Assembly (NCBI GenBank): GCA_036172245.1
Contig: JAYWIR010000001.1
Coordinates: 5,518,001 to 5,582,000, forward strand
Direction of reading: 5' to 3'
DNA length: 64,000 bases
Origin: Raillietiella orientalis
Lineage: Eukaryota
A model generated the notes under the pieces. That model was not told where the DNA came from. It saw nothing but the letters and a program-made list of their open reading frames with translations, and ran no database searches. Shown one piece after another: positions 11,884 through 24,130 of this stretch; positions within the stretch are counted from its first letter, which is position 1; the number at the start of each line of letters is the position of its first letter. The translations under genes were made by a program, and so were the position numbers.

Positions 11884-13790
11884 TTGGTTTATCACACGGT
11901 CATGCCAAGACATTTATTATAAAAAGTAATAAATATACATGTTGTAGGACCATCAGACCTACATTGTCCGAAAATGTTTGGAAGCTGTCGAGTAACCGGC
12001 ACGCAGGCCAGCGAGGTTCTCATCGACAGCAGAGGAGGAGGGAAAAACAAAAATAAAAATCAATAATGAAAAAAATGCTCTGGAGAGCACAGGAAGGGAT
12101 CCTTGTCCGCTTAAGAGCGTCCTCTGCGTCCTTTCCAGGATTCCGGCAAGTTCCATCCGAGTATGCCCCAGGTGGGGCCGTCTTGCTGCTGTCCGAAGGA
12201 ATCTCAGGGAGGAGCAGATGGCGCTTCTATCCTTGAGCCCTCATCTCGCGTAGCTCCAGGCCGCCACAATCCCACGTAGGCAGCAAAGAGCTTCTGAGGA
12301 TGAGGCAGGTGCAAGGGCGTCGCGCACGAGGCGGCACTTCATCACGGCCATAGGATTGTCCATCGGTGCACCAAGGACCGTTGCGTAGCGCAACCACAGG
12401 AGGCGGAAAGCAACACAGTCTACGAGCAGGTGCAAGAGAAATTATCGTTTCCCGCACCTGCAGCAGTTGGGATCCACAGTCACCCAGCTCCAGGGAGAGC
12501 GGCCAGCATTGTACGGGAGACAACAGTGTTGCTGCCCCTTCAGGGAGAGGATCCGGTTGTTCTTCAGCTCTGGGAGCCACTCCAGATCTTCCTGCAGGAT
12601 TCCCAGCAGCTCATCCCAGAGCAATAGTCCTTCCTGGGGTCGCAGCTCCCGTGATCTGACCCGTGGTCCAACCACCTAGTTCCCTCGTCTTCTGACTGAT
12701 TTCGCAACTGACCTCCCATTTGGCCGGCTGGTTACTGTCCAAGTGCTCCCTGATGGAAAGCACTTCCGCGGCTAGGAAGGTTTTCGAGCCCACTGACACG
12801 TGGCGGACTGCACGATGACGTCCTGCAGCGAGCGGTTGTTGTAGGAGTGTAGCAGTCGCCGCCGCATCTCCGGGCTCACTTCGTTGTTCTGGGCCCATGT
12901 GCGAGCGGTTTCCTGCAACCAGGCACTACCGTTAGTGGGCCGGCAGAAGATCGAGTTGTTGGTCCTGGTCAGCTAGGTCACCCACCGAAGTTCCAGTCTG
13001 CAGCTGGACACGTTGCGTCTGTGCCAGCGCTCCAGGAACGAATAAAGTCGCGCATAGCCGGTGGCTCGCTTGACCAGGTATCTTGCGGGTTCGTACCAGT
13101 TCGTGCTCTAAAGCTTCGCCAATAGGACAAGCGTCCTCTACAGAAGCTGCCGCTCCAAGCGCTCCAGCGTTAGGAGACCAAGGCCACCATGTCGATGCGG
13201 AGCACACAAGCCCTTTGGGAGGACTAGGGGCCTCCTTGTGCCCCGCAGGGCGATTCCCAGAACCTGCTTGGGTGCCCTCCCCTCTCCCTTCGAAGAACTG
13301 GCGACCCCTTCTCCTCTGCGTGCGGACACTCCGGCGCTCCCCTCGAGGTGCAAACTAGAGTGCCGCCGTGTAGTGGTTTCCAGGGCGACCGGAGCTGGCG
13401 CCTCGCCTGCGGCTGATTTGAACTGCAGCGCCCCTCCACGGGCTGAGGGGAAGCTTCCGTCTTCAGCATTCCTGCACCTGCAGGACACTACTCAGATACG
13501 GCGATTCTCCGCACGCCCGGCGGACCCTCCTCAGGCACCACGAACATTGCGACGAGATGGCCGCCTCTGCGCCACCGTCACAGCCCGCCACTTGCTGACG
13601 GGCTGTGACGTCACGTGCTGGCGTCTCGGGCGCAGCAGCGAAGAGGCGGTCGCTCGCCAGCGTAGCAGCTGCCCACGTGAGGGCGCCTGCGAGGTGGCCT
13701 CTCGCCTGCACGAATAACTCAAGTCGGAGACGTCCAGCATCCGGCGGCACCGGAAGGAAAAAGTGGCCAACGCCAAAGATCCCTCCCCTT
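11884..13790 (-). mobile_element. L1/Tx1-clade LINE 3' half (late RT to terminus)
   Basis: ESPYLSSV (~13500, degenerate KYLG). LCAPHRHGGLGL (~13180-13220). KWEVSCEISQKTRELGGWT is homologous to 32990-33070 and ~52200. Zinc finger VDPNCCRCGKR*FLLHLLVDC (12415-12480). EALCCLRGIVAAW. Terminal motif at 11884-11920. Confidence 0.8.
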
Positions 13791-13960
13791 CCCCCCCTGT
13801 TCCCACCCATCCCTTCATTTATTTATTGTTCTCTTCTCTCTTGCTCCGGACTGCTCCAGTGACCTACCTGTGTGTCGGTGGGCCCTTCCCACGAGCTTCT
13901 TTTGTTTGTTTTTGTCTTTGTTTGGGGAACTGCGCTCCCCCCTTGTTTGTTTATTCCTCC
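13790..13960 (+). mobile_element. Possible short 3'-UTR fragment of the same LINE family in the opposite orientation
   Basis: T-rich TTTATTTATTGTTCTCTTCTCTCTTGCT resembles the family 3' UTR, followed by hairpin GTGGG-CCCTT-CCCAC (~13878-13892). Confidence 0.35.
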
Positions 13961-13969
13961 TGAAGAAAC

Positions 13970-14950
13970 AGGAAAAACAAGGAACCTGAACTATCTGAAG
14001 AAACGTGTCGCTCTCTGAGGAAGCAGCAGCTTCAGTAAGGAGGATAAGGAGCAATCGGGTCACCCCCTTCGCATCTGCAATCTGGATAACCTCATCCGGC
14101 AGCTGGAAAGAGACTACGGCGCCGCGCGTCGCCCTGCAACTCCGAGGACACGAGGACTGCCTCAGGGAAATCGTTGAGGTGCTACCTCTACCTACCCCTC
14201 GGAGACCCTGGCAGCAGCAGTTCGGTGGGATCCCCCTTCTCGCTCCCTCCGTCCCCCAGAGGCCTCTCCTGCGGCCCCTCCGCCGCTGGCACGGGCGCGC
14301 ACCTTCCGCAGGCTGCGGCCGAAGGACGAGTTCACTTACGGCCGCTACCGGTAGCCCTCCTGCCCGAGTTTCCGCGGGAGGTTCCCGGGAGAGGAGCCGT
14401 TCCTGGGGAAGGGCGGATTCCCAGCCTGGGAGTCAGCCGCTCTTCATGGATACCCCTCTTCTCCCCGGTGTCCGTGGGGATCAACGGGATAGACGACATC
14501 GTCTACTGGGACAGGGAGAGCTCACGGGAGATGCTGGTCCTCGACAGGTATGGCCGCCGCCCCATGCCAGTCGCGAGGGGAAGGAAGGGACACGAGGGGT
14601 TGGTCGGGGAAATGGGGAGGAGGGAAGCCCCCTTCCACATCGCTCCTCCTCCTCTCCTCTCTTTCTCTCGCAGAGAATTCTCGACCGCCGCCGCCTCCAA
14701 GAGCAACCTGCCTGACCGGAATGGGGCAGGCCCTAATCCTACGAGCGCGCGTTTAGCTTTCCGTCGCCGCCCAGTCCGCTGCGCTCACCGACCGTGATTG
14801 CAGCAGCAGCTGCATGCCCTCGCTGCCTCCAGGCGGACGATGCGTACGTGGGCAGGAGTGGTGGCGCCTTCCGCTGCTCTTCACCAGTGAGGTGTCGCGC
14901 AGCTTTAGGGAACTCGGTCACGCGGCGGAGTCCCCCGGGCAAACTTCTCC
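13970..14950 (-). mobile_element. LINE 5' relic: ORF1 zinc knuckle and start of APE endonuclease
   Basis: SAWRQRGHAAAA (~14805-14845, degenerate CxxCxxxGHxxxxC). NCCCQGLRG...ELQGD...KGVTRLLLIL (14040-14225) resembles NxxGL...LQET...GVAIL. Confidence 0.5.
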
Positions 14951-17292
14951 AAATGACTGCGGCTCCTCCTCCCACACCCTCCCTCCTACTCCTACGAACC
15001 CACCCCCAGGAGATCTAGCGATTGACCTCGCTCCCGCCCCGCACTGCTCCCTCCCTCTCAATAAACCTCCCCCGTTTGCTTTTAAAAAAAAAAAAAGAAG
15101 GAAATTCGGCTTCCAGAGAGCTCCCTGCGCCTCCATCTCGCTCCAGAGGATGATTCAGTCGGGAGCTCTGGTTGTCGAGGAAAGGTTGGAGAAAGGCCGG
15201 GGGGTCCGAGGTCTTCGCGCCGGTCCCCGCTGCCGCCGCGCGACTGTTGGCTTTGGTACGGTTCTTCCCTCTCTCTCCCTCTTTTCCAAGTTTCCTGCCG
15301 CCGCGCCCCCCCCTCCTCCAGGGAAGGTCTCCCTCGCATTGCGTTCCTGGGAAGCATCCCTTCCTCTCCCTCCTTCCCCTCCCCTCGAGAGAACATAGAA
15401 GACGCCTGCAGCTCCCTCCCGCCGCCACGGAAAACATCATTTCCTCCTCTCCCAAGAGGAATACGAAGGAAGGGAGGAGAGGGAGGAGGGAATGCTCCTT
15501 TCCCTCCTCCATCCTCTTTCCACCCGGTGAGCCGCCGCCGAGGGTCCAAGCCCGCGGCTCAAGGAATCGTCCGGATCACTTCCTCATCAGAGAGAATCCA
15601 CCTCCCTCGTCTTCACTCCGCGCGACGGTTCCCCCCCCCCTCCCCGCCGTTCGTGCGCCCTCCCCACGACATCCCTCTCCCTCCCGCCTTTAAACTCTTG
15701 TTTATTCCCGGTGAAGATCCGCGAGGATTTTCCTCCGGAGGAGATAATGAATCATTGATGTCGTGATGGCTGAGCGGGTTCGGATCGTGACGGACGCGTG
15801 CGCTCCCTATCGATTCATCAAAATCTTCGGGATTCGATCGATGCGGCCGAGGGAACAAAAGGCCAGGTGGCCTCTGGGAGCTCCCGAGGCGCCCAGCAAA
15901 CAAGGTCCAGAGAAGATCGGCCCGTTCCCGAAGACTCCGAAGTCCAAGAGGTCCGGCCGGCCGAGCGGGTTTTCCCGTCTCCTCGCTTCGTTCCCCCTCC
16001 CCCTCTCCCCCACTACCCCCGCTTCTTGGAACGGCGCTTCCAGCAAAGAGCAAGGAGTCGCCTCCCTCCCTCTCAGGCTATGGCTGCACCTCCCCCTCCT
16101 CCTTCCAGGGTTCGCCGTCGGTTCGGGAGGAGACCGCGCGCCATTTCGCGTGGCACTCGGAGTACGCACGCGGCGTTGCAGCGAACGCAGAGCTCCCGCG
16201 GGGAAGAGTGCTGCCGTCCGCGACAGGGTTCGCCAAAAGGCATTCCTTCAACCCTTCGGTGGTCCGTGAAGGGGGAGAACTTGGAGGAAAGGCACACGAG
16301 AACGTCGGAGGATGGCGCCCTAACGCCGCACGCAGCCGTCAGCCCTCGATGGTCCCTGGCGAGGCACCCGGTACGTCTTCAGAGAGAAACTAAAAGCGAT
16401 GCTCTCCCGTTTGAAAGAGGGTGGTGGTGGTTAGCTGGTGCTCTCCTGGCGCTGCCTTCCAGGAGAATCTCGTGGCTGCTTGCAGAGGACAATCCGCCTT
16501 CACGTTGCGCCATCTGGCGCGAGGTGTGCCGAGGAATCGGCCTGGCAGCACCACTTCCCAACACTGTCCGCTATTCTTCCCCTTCACCTAGTAGGGGACG
16601 CCGGCAGCACTGCAGCGTGCATGTGGGCAGCGCGGATGAAACGCGGAGGGCGAAGACCATCCGTCGGAGGTGCCGGGAACTCGCGACACCGTGACACTGC
16701 GCGGCAGACCTCTCCGCTATCTCTCCTCCCCCCTCACACGTCCAGAGAAAAACTTTAGAATGCCTTGTAAAGTGTGCAGGAAGTGTCTTCATTCATTTCC
16801 GGTTATCCCACATGCGGAGGAAACGATTCAGAAGGAAGGAGAAATGTTCCAACCCCACCAGTCTTCCCCCTTCACTCCCTCGGCCGGCGGCGGCTGCCGT
16901 CCACTGAAGGCTGCTGCTTTAGACCGTGTTTCCAACAGATGTCGCGGTGGTCATCTCCTTACAGAAGACTCTGCCTGAGGTCCCTAGTTCTCTCAACACC
17001 CCTTCATTCCCTGGGTTCCAGCATTCCAAGTGCCCTGTGGGGAGTGGCCATGCGAACGAGACGACAAGTGGGCAGCAGATCCTCGGTGGCTGCTTTCCTC
17101 CTGTTGCTTGGCATCCTCCGAAGTCCCCTGGAAGGCTTCCGAGCAGGCAGACGTTGCCGCAGGAAGTGACTCAGTGCTCTCTCAGCGACAAGCCCGGGCG
17201 AGGCCGGGAGTCGACCGCGGGCGTAGGCTGATTGAGGTCTGCAGCTCCCATCGCTTCCAGCAGCCTTCCTCGACCGCGTTGCCGAGCCAACC

Positions 17293-17700
17293 CTAGGATG
17301 CGACAGTGATCCAGGCGACACGCTCAGTGACATCCGGAGCGACCCATCTCATCTCCGGAGGCCGCGGCTCGTACGGGCGGCGTGCTGTGCGGGCGACCTG
17401 GCAGTCCTCGAACTTCACGTTGCTTCCTGCCAAGAGGGAGTGCGTGCGTGTCCTGAACGCACGAGCAGCTTGGCCTAGGGCGTGGTCTCGGCGCACAGCC
17501 CGTGCGGGGAAGCTCCGTGCTTTGCTGCGCCGCAGCGCGGGGAGGCTGGAAGCGAGCGGCCGTGCGGGTGGCCCCACACTCTGGCAAGAGGTGGGATTGC
17601 GGCTGGTGATGATGCGCGCAGTGCCGGGAGCGCACCCGACCGGATGCTGTCGATCCTCCTCCCCTGGAGCGACGCCCGAAAGTACGAGCAAAAGAAGTGC
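17293..17700 (-). mobile_element. Possible Penelope-like element GIY-YIG endonuclease relic
   Basis: RCGAAKHGASPHGL, then after a frameshift ...THSLLAGSNVKFEDCQVARTARRPYEPRPPEMRWV. This matches the PLE pattern CxCGxxYxGxTxRxL...H...GHxxxFExxxVL...R...E. Confidence 0.45.
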
Positions 17701-17863
17701 TGTCGCTTCCGTGAGAGCGGGAGAGAAGGGAAGAGGGGGGGGGGGGGGTTCGCCAGGAGTCCGTCCTACGGTGGCGGACGTCGCCGAAGAGATTTCAGCG
17801 TTGCCAACGTGAACCGTTTCTAGAACGACGAGGAAAGACCTGAGGGAAGTTTAGGGCGATACG

Positions 17864-17945
17864 TCACATACACAAAAGCACACTCACGCATGCACTCACT
17901 CACTCACTCACGCACGTATGCACGCACGCACGCATGCACGCACGT
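17864..17945. repeat. Degenerate (CACT)n/(CACG)n microsatellite
   Basis: cactcacgcatgcactcactcactcactcacgcacgtatgcacgcacgcacgcatgcacgcacg is directly visible. Confidence 0.9.
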
Positions 17946-18599
17946 TGGCAATCGATAACCTCAGCGCACGCTGCAAGCCCCGAGGCCGCCCATGTTTCGA
18001 TGAGTGGCGATGGTGATGACTACCGAGAGGGTGGCAGCCCCACGGTCCCTCGCGGTTACGATGGCAACCGTCGGCTTCGGGGCCGGTGGGGCCGTTGTTC
18101 GATGATTGTTGAGAGAGCTGCTCGGATTTAGCAGTGCAAGAGGTTGCGTTCAGCAAAGGATGGGGGCAGGCAGAGGCGTTTATGGCTGGCGCTGCCGACG
18201 GAAGGTGGAACGGGGTGCCGGCAGTGACATCAGAAGCATCCGAGTGGTGTGGGAAGGCCGAGTCAAGGCAAAGAGGAAGCTAGCCGGAAATAATGCCCGG
18301 TGATCCCTTCGCCCGATGTGCACGATTCCACGCGAAAGCACCATCTTCTGTGGCAGAAAAACACCCAGATGAGAGAGGAGTCGCCTTCCGCACTGGGATG
18401 CAGCCCGCGTTGAAACGCTTCCCGTTTGACGGTGTCGAAGGCGCGGACTGAGGCGCCGCCGTCCCTGCTGGCGACGGCGAACCACTGAGAATCGCGCTGC
18501 CCACGGGAGCATCTCCCACCGGAAGGCCTGTAAGGGAGGGGCGCGCGACTCCCCCGGTCGCTGCGAAGAGGCTCGCCGGGCTGGCGGCAGAGGAGGGAG

Positions 18600-18960
18600 C
18601 GGCCCCCGCCTGCAGACGTGGGAAATCCATGACCTCCGAATAAATCTGCTCCTGAGGGGTGAGGGATGGGGAGACTTCCGGGGGCGGCCCTGCTGCTCCG
18701 AAACGAAGCGCGACCGCCCTCGGGCATTGGACGCCGCCTGCCCCAGCGAGGATGCGGCCCTGCCGCGTCGGGAGGAGGGAGGTGAACGCCTCTTGGACTT
18801 GGAAGCAGCAGCTCCCGCGGGAACAAGAGCGATCTTCGGGCGACCTCTTGGCCAGGCGGAGGATGACGCCGAAGGATCTCCGGAGCGACGTGCGGGATGG
18901 GAACCCGTTGCTGCCGGGGTGGGGAACCGCAATTCTTCGGATCGCACTCCCGTTAGGAGA
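18600..18960 (+). mobile_element. LINE ORF1 fragment homologous to 39500-39830 (opposite orientation)
   Basis: DLEAAAPAGTRAIFGRPLGQAEDDAEGSPERRAGWEPVAAGV aligns with DLEAAAPAGSRATFGRLLGSAEKEASRGSSERRAEKEPVAPGV. The nucleotide match CCTCTTGGACTTGGAAGCAGCA is also visible. Confidence 0.7.
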
Positions 18961-18964
18961 GGGA

Positions 18965-19195
18965 GATGCGCATGAAGGGAGGGGGGCCCACTCCTCCTCT
19001 GCCCGTTTGTCGTCCCCGATGCGTCCTTCGCCGGCCGGGACTCTCCTCCGAGCGTTCCTTCGGTACGGGCGGCTGTTGTTCCGTCCTCGTCCCGGGAGCA
19101 ACGGGTTCCCTGCCGGCGCGTCCTCTTCCCGCAAAGGTCGCTCTCGGACTCACGGGCGTCGCTACCCATTCCAGTTCCGAAGGCCTCCACTTGGG
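18965..19195 (-). mobile_element. Second ORF1 fragment of the same family, convergent with the previous one
   Basis: Plus-strand TGTCGTCCCCGA...CCCGGGAGCAACGGG...AAGGTCGCTCT matches 39450-39616 in the same orientation. Confidence 0.65.
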
Positions 19196-20399
19196 GAAGC
19201 GGGGTGGCTCCGACGCCGGGACGTTCGAATTCCTGGCGTGCTCGCTACCGCACCCGACTGCGAAACATCGCGAACGGAAACGCCACCGCAGCGAGGGAAG
19301 GGGGGGGAAGCCGAAAGGAAAGTCGCACGGGCGAGGAGGGAGAGAAGAGGAGGGGGGGGGGAATTCCCACCCTGCGTGCGTCGATCGCGTCGGCATCCCT
19401 CGGGCGGGGGCGGCGGGCGACGCCTCGCGAGCAGGCGCCACCCACGCCGTGAGACGCTCGCGTGAAGAGAACGCGAGAAGACGGAGGGATTCGATTATCA
19501 GGAAGCCTTCCCGTAATCAGATAATGGGATTGCCGTTCGGGAATACGTGGAAGAGAGGGAGAGGGAGACGCAGCTTCTTTTACTTATCCCGTAATGAGTG
19601 GATCTTCGTCTTGGGCGGTGACACGCGAGAAAGTCGTTACGCGGAAGCGACGACAGAGGCGGCGGCAGATTGATTTCGGAAGCTGGCAGCGGGGTACCAG
19701 CCGTCCCGAGGCTTCCCGGACCGGGTACCTTCTGGGAAGATCGGAGGGAAAGAGCCGAGCCGGCTGGCTCGTAGACCTCCGCTCTGACGGCCGGTGGCCT
19801 GCGCGTTGCCTTTATCCCCTTTCTTTTTCTTCCCCCCCCCCCCTCTCTTCCTCCAGGCAGGTTCCGGGAAGAAACAAAAAAGTTTTGCGGTGGCGGTACT
19901 TCCATCAGTCTGGAGTCTTTCGCACTTCATTTCAAAGCGGGGGTAGTGCGCACGTGCGTTTCGCGCGCGCGTTCGCACCCCCGGATGCGAGAGAATGCCC
20001 GCGAGCAGGTCAGCAGCCCAGGACACATGGGTTCGGAAACAAGGGGAAGCGCCGGCAGAAGGCCTTCGTCATCTCCAGGAGACTAGAGGAGCTAGGGACT
20101 GGGTCTCCCCCATCCTCTGCCCCTCCTTTCGTGTTTATCCTACCGCCTTCCTGCCCTCAGGGTGGTTTTGGGGCGGAAGTGGTGCGGTCACCTTTCTGTC
20201 TTCCTCCTCATGGGTGGGACAGAGCAAACGGCCGCCCTCCGTTGCACGCTAGCCAGTGGCAATTCGGATGCGGCGGCAGTCGACGTTCCTTGCGGTGTGA
20301 AGGCAGTTTTCCCAAAGCAGTTTTCCGGATGCAGGAGGGGAGGTGGCTCAGGGGAGCCGAACAAACGTACGATAAAAGCCATGACCCTCGAGAGGGTTA

Positions 20400-21960
20400 C
20401 AAGAAGAACGTACACAGGTAGTCGCCATGACAGTTGGAATTCACGTCCGAAAGGGTAAATGGGGAAGGGGGGGAATACCTGATTTATCTGGAAGGTGAGG
20501 ACGTGATAGGAAAAAGGACTGACCGGACAGAACGCTCTAGTCCAACGCCAGCCGACGAGCACCCCGTGACGATCCAGGGACAACCGCCTGTGCTGCCTGG
20601 GTTCCAGCAAGTCCTCGATGACGCCACACCTTGGAGGAAGCAGAGCATAGCTTCTCACTACGTCCAGGCAATCGCTCTCGAGAACCGCTCGAGAAGGAAA
20701 AGAAGAACAAGGTCTTCCGGGCCATCGTCAAGGAGACGACGTGCAACCCTCTCTGTAGTCCCGAGCACTGGAACAGGAAAAGTTCTGCGTCGGCTGGCTG
20801 CCACTTCCCTCGCTGCGTGATACCTCCTGGGGTCGCTCTGGGGACCCCAGTGCAAGAGGAGGGGGGGGTTGTGCTGCAGTCGGGGGAGGAGCGTCTGACC
20901 CTTGGCTAGGAGGGATGCTGCCACTCGCTGCGGAGGAGGCCCGCGTTCCAGTCTTTCGCGGGGCAACGAGGGATCGTGGAGAGGCACTCACGCAGCTGTC
21001 AATTGGCGATGGAGGGTTTCCAGGCTCAGCCTGCAGTTCCTCTGTGTCTCTGAGTACCATCAGAGGAAGGTCGAAGAGTGACGGGCAGCCGCAGCCGGTC
21101 TCGATCCAAACCTGAGGGCCTCGAAGACTTCCGAGGGGATTTTCGTTTTGCGGTCGCGTCGAAAATCCCTAAGGCCTGCGCTTCATCGGGCAGTTGCGCC
21201 GGCGCAGGGATTCGAACCTGCGGCCTTTTCCGCCTCGGCATGCACGGAGAGGTTGCGCCACCGGCACCCACGCACTGTCGCCACGCGTGTCTGCGACCGG
21301 TCATCCAGCATAGTCCCAGCCCGCGCGTCCGGCTGTGGAGGTGAGTCTCGGGAAGACTTGCCAAGCCGGTTCGCATGTGCTCTTGGGGTTTTTAGCTCTT
21401 TCAGAAGGTCGTTGGCCTGGAGATGCCAGGATCCCAACGACGACTCGACCACGCTGCTTTCTGCAAAATTCGCGCCTAGGTTCTCAAGGGTGATGGAGAG
21501 CGCTCGTGGCTTCTGCGTTCTTTCCCTCTTCCCTCACGCTCCCTCCTGAACGCCTCCGAGTGCTTTCGAACGGACTAAGTTGGTCGAGTCTGGATGACGG
21601 GGTTCCCTTTTCTCAGAACACCGATCATCCATGCCGGATAACCCTCGTCCGGTCATCTCGCTGTCCAGGGGTGTGCTCTCTTAAACTCCCGACAGCTCAT
21701 GCCGATAAGATGGGATGATGCTTTTCGTCCTCTTGATAAGCATATGCGTTGCTAGAGGCGAACGTGGCTTCTTTCATCGGAGACCTCAGACGAGATCAAC
21801 AGTAGTCTCCCGAGACCTCGAGAGAGCACTGCTTGGAAAGATGATGTTCCGGGACCTCAGTCGACGATGACCAAGAAGGTCACAAGGGTCTACCTCGTGT
21901 CCTACGCTGTTCTGGCCCAGCGATTGATTCGACCGCTCAGCTGCCCAACAGTGTTCAAGT
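20400..21960 (+). mobile_element. LINE 5' relic (ORF1 and APE endonuclease)
   Basis: ORF1-like VTIQGQPPVLPG...IALENRSR and TTCNPLCSPEH. Endonuclease-like SARGFCVL (~21500), CRITLVR (~21635) and FIGDL (~21773-21787, degenerate GDFN). Confidence 0.5.
21197..21265 (-). pseudogene. tRNA-derived sequence (pseudo-tRNA or head of a short SINE)
   Basis: Minus strand reads GCCGGTGGCGCAACC...GCAGGTTCGAATCCCTGCGCCGGCG. Acceptor stem GCCGGT/GCCGGC, T arm GCAGG-TTCGAATC-CCTGC, and A and B boxes are present. D and anticodon arms are not canonical. Confidence 0.6.
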
Positions 21961-22023
21961 CACATGGCCCGAATTAATTACCTTCACAGCGGGGAACTTG
22001 AATCCCTCCCGCACCTGCCACAG

Positions 22024-22650
22024 TTGGTTTATCACCCGGTTTCGCTGGGACGTTTATTATAAAAAATAAACACACAAGCTGTCACAGTCGCATTCCATCC
22101 CCCCTTCTCCCCCGTGTTCAGTGATGCCGGCGGGTGTTGCACGAGAGGCTCCCGTGAAACAGCATCAGCGCCGACTGCTGCCACTTCAATGGGCGGGTGC
22201 GAGCTGCACTCGAAAAGAGTCCGAGTGCAGCTCTTCCGTGTCGCGGACTCTGTCGCCACATAGGTGATCCAGGCCCGCCGTGCATTCCCGTAAGCGAGAG
22301 CAGGGCGAACGGTCCCCGAACCGACATTCCGTGCCCTCGGTGCCTGCGGCGAGGCGAAAGGGAAGCTACACACCACGAACGCCGCGCCAAGAGGTGCGAC
22401 GTCCCACGGGTGACAACAAGAAGGCGGCACGCGGACAGAGAAACAACCTTCATCCATGCATCTGCCATTCTCCCATCGCAATCTTCCGGCTCGCGCATCT
22501 GCGCGCTCTGAGAACTTAAAGTTCATCCAGAGTTCAGAAGATCCCCCTGAGCTCTAGGAAGCGAACGCTCTGCCGCTTAGCTAGCTCCCTGTGCTCTTCA
22601 GCCGGCAACTTCCATCTCGCGTTCCTCAAAATTTGCTGGGTGCTTCCGAG
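22024..22650 (-). mobile_element. L1/Tx1-clade LINE 3' fragment with internal deletion
   Basis: LFHGSLSCNTRRHH is homologous to LHWGLPCNARRFHW (~51990-52035). It is joined almost directly to the family terminal motif at 22024-22060. Confidence 0.7.
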
Positions 22651-23599
22651 TTCCTAGATGACCTGACCTAAAGTGACCTACCGCTACCTAACCCCTGGAA
22701 GCAGCTTCACCATCGATTTCCCTTCCCAGCTTCATGTGTGCAGCGCGAGTTCATAAAAGCCGTTCTTCGTGGCTCCTCGATAGGAGTATGGGATGCAGAG
22801 GAATGAACACTTTATCCCTGCCCTCCCTCCCACGAAGAGGGAAAAGAAGCAGCATGCATCTCATTCAAACTAGCAATTCCGTAGACATGATGCCCATCAC
22901 GATCGAACTTACAGATCTTCTTCATCACGACCAGTCTCCTTCATAAACTTCAACGTTGAATCACGTGAAACACATCCTCTCTTACGGAAAAGATACGCCC
23001 ATGGGATGGCGTGAAGACCGGTGCAACGACACGTGTTCTACTCCCTGCCTTTCCCGTTATCAGAAAAAAACTCAACTACCAGGATAACAAGAACGCACGC
23101 GAGCATAACGGAAAGTCTTCGAAGAAGTTTCCAAACCATTCTTTTGCTGAACCTCCACCAAGGCAACGATCTCTGGTCATTGACGCGTAAACAACGCGTC
23201 GTGCCGAGTCTCCACCACTGATGCTCATCCAGAGCAACCCGCAGACTCCCTGCAGTTCCTTCCTTTCCACAAAGTTGCTCGGAAAAACATGCGCGCTTCG
23301 AACCACCAGGGGAACTTTTCCAACGAAAACGCCTAACCGGTGGCGCTCGGACTAACGCCGACCTATGAACCCACGACGACTACGTTCCCTCCCGACGTCG
23401 CTTCGTAGCCAAGACCGACGTGGCCTTTCGTAGGCAACAGCTTACTGATAAAACAACCTCATCGCACCCCACTGCGCGGATCCTCCTCTCTCCGATAAGA
23501 TTTCGCCGCGTTCAAGGCCAATGAGGAGACTTCAGGCAACAAGAGGATACGCTGAGACAGCGCTCCTCACGAATCCCGCTGATCCTCTTGACCTCCAGC

Positions 23600-24130
23600 A
23601 AGCAAATATAAATCCTCCGTTCGAAATCAGAAGTGTCCAGCTGAAATGCCGCATGCATTGGATTCGCGCAGGTGCTTCACCAACAGACTGCATCGAACGA
23701 GAGCTTTAAGAACGAAAGCAATCGCTACCGAGCAATGCAACCCAAGTCCGAAACGGAAAAGAAACAGGACGAAGCAACACGCCAGACCTAGCACACCTAG
23801 CAGGTTACCTACAACTTTCCCCACTATCTGGGGAATGTGGATACCACATGCCCCAGAAAGTTCACTGCGTCGAGACAGAATCCATCGAAAAGACGGAGGG
23901 GTGGACATAAACTACTGGACCAACTCGTGTAGTCAATGTAAGGAAATACCACATACACGGACAAGCGCGACTCAGGGTGCGTGAAATGGAAACCAACACG
24001 CTGTAGACTCCAGCAAATTCAAGAAGGTGCTGAAGAACTGGCATTCCTGCGGAATGCACCGTGGTTTATGCAAGCAACGAGCGTTGCTTGCGTAAACCCC
24101 CCTTGCAGGGATGCACTTGCCTGAGCAAGG
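23600..24130 (+). mobile_element. Possible gag/ORF1-like zinc-knuckle relic in a lower-GC segment
   Basis: CSQCKEIPHTRT (~23928-23963) and RRC*RTGIPAECT (~24022-24060) resemble degenerate CCHC knuckles. Confidence 0.3.
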
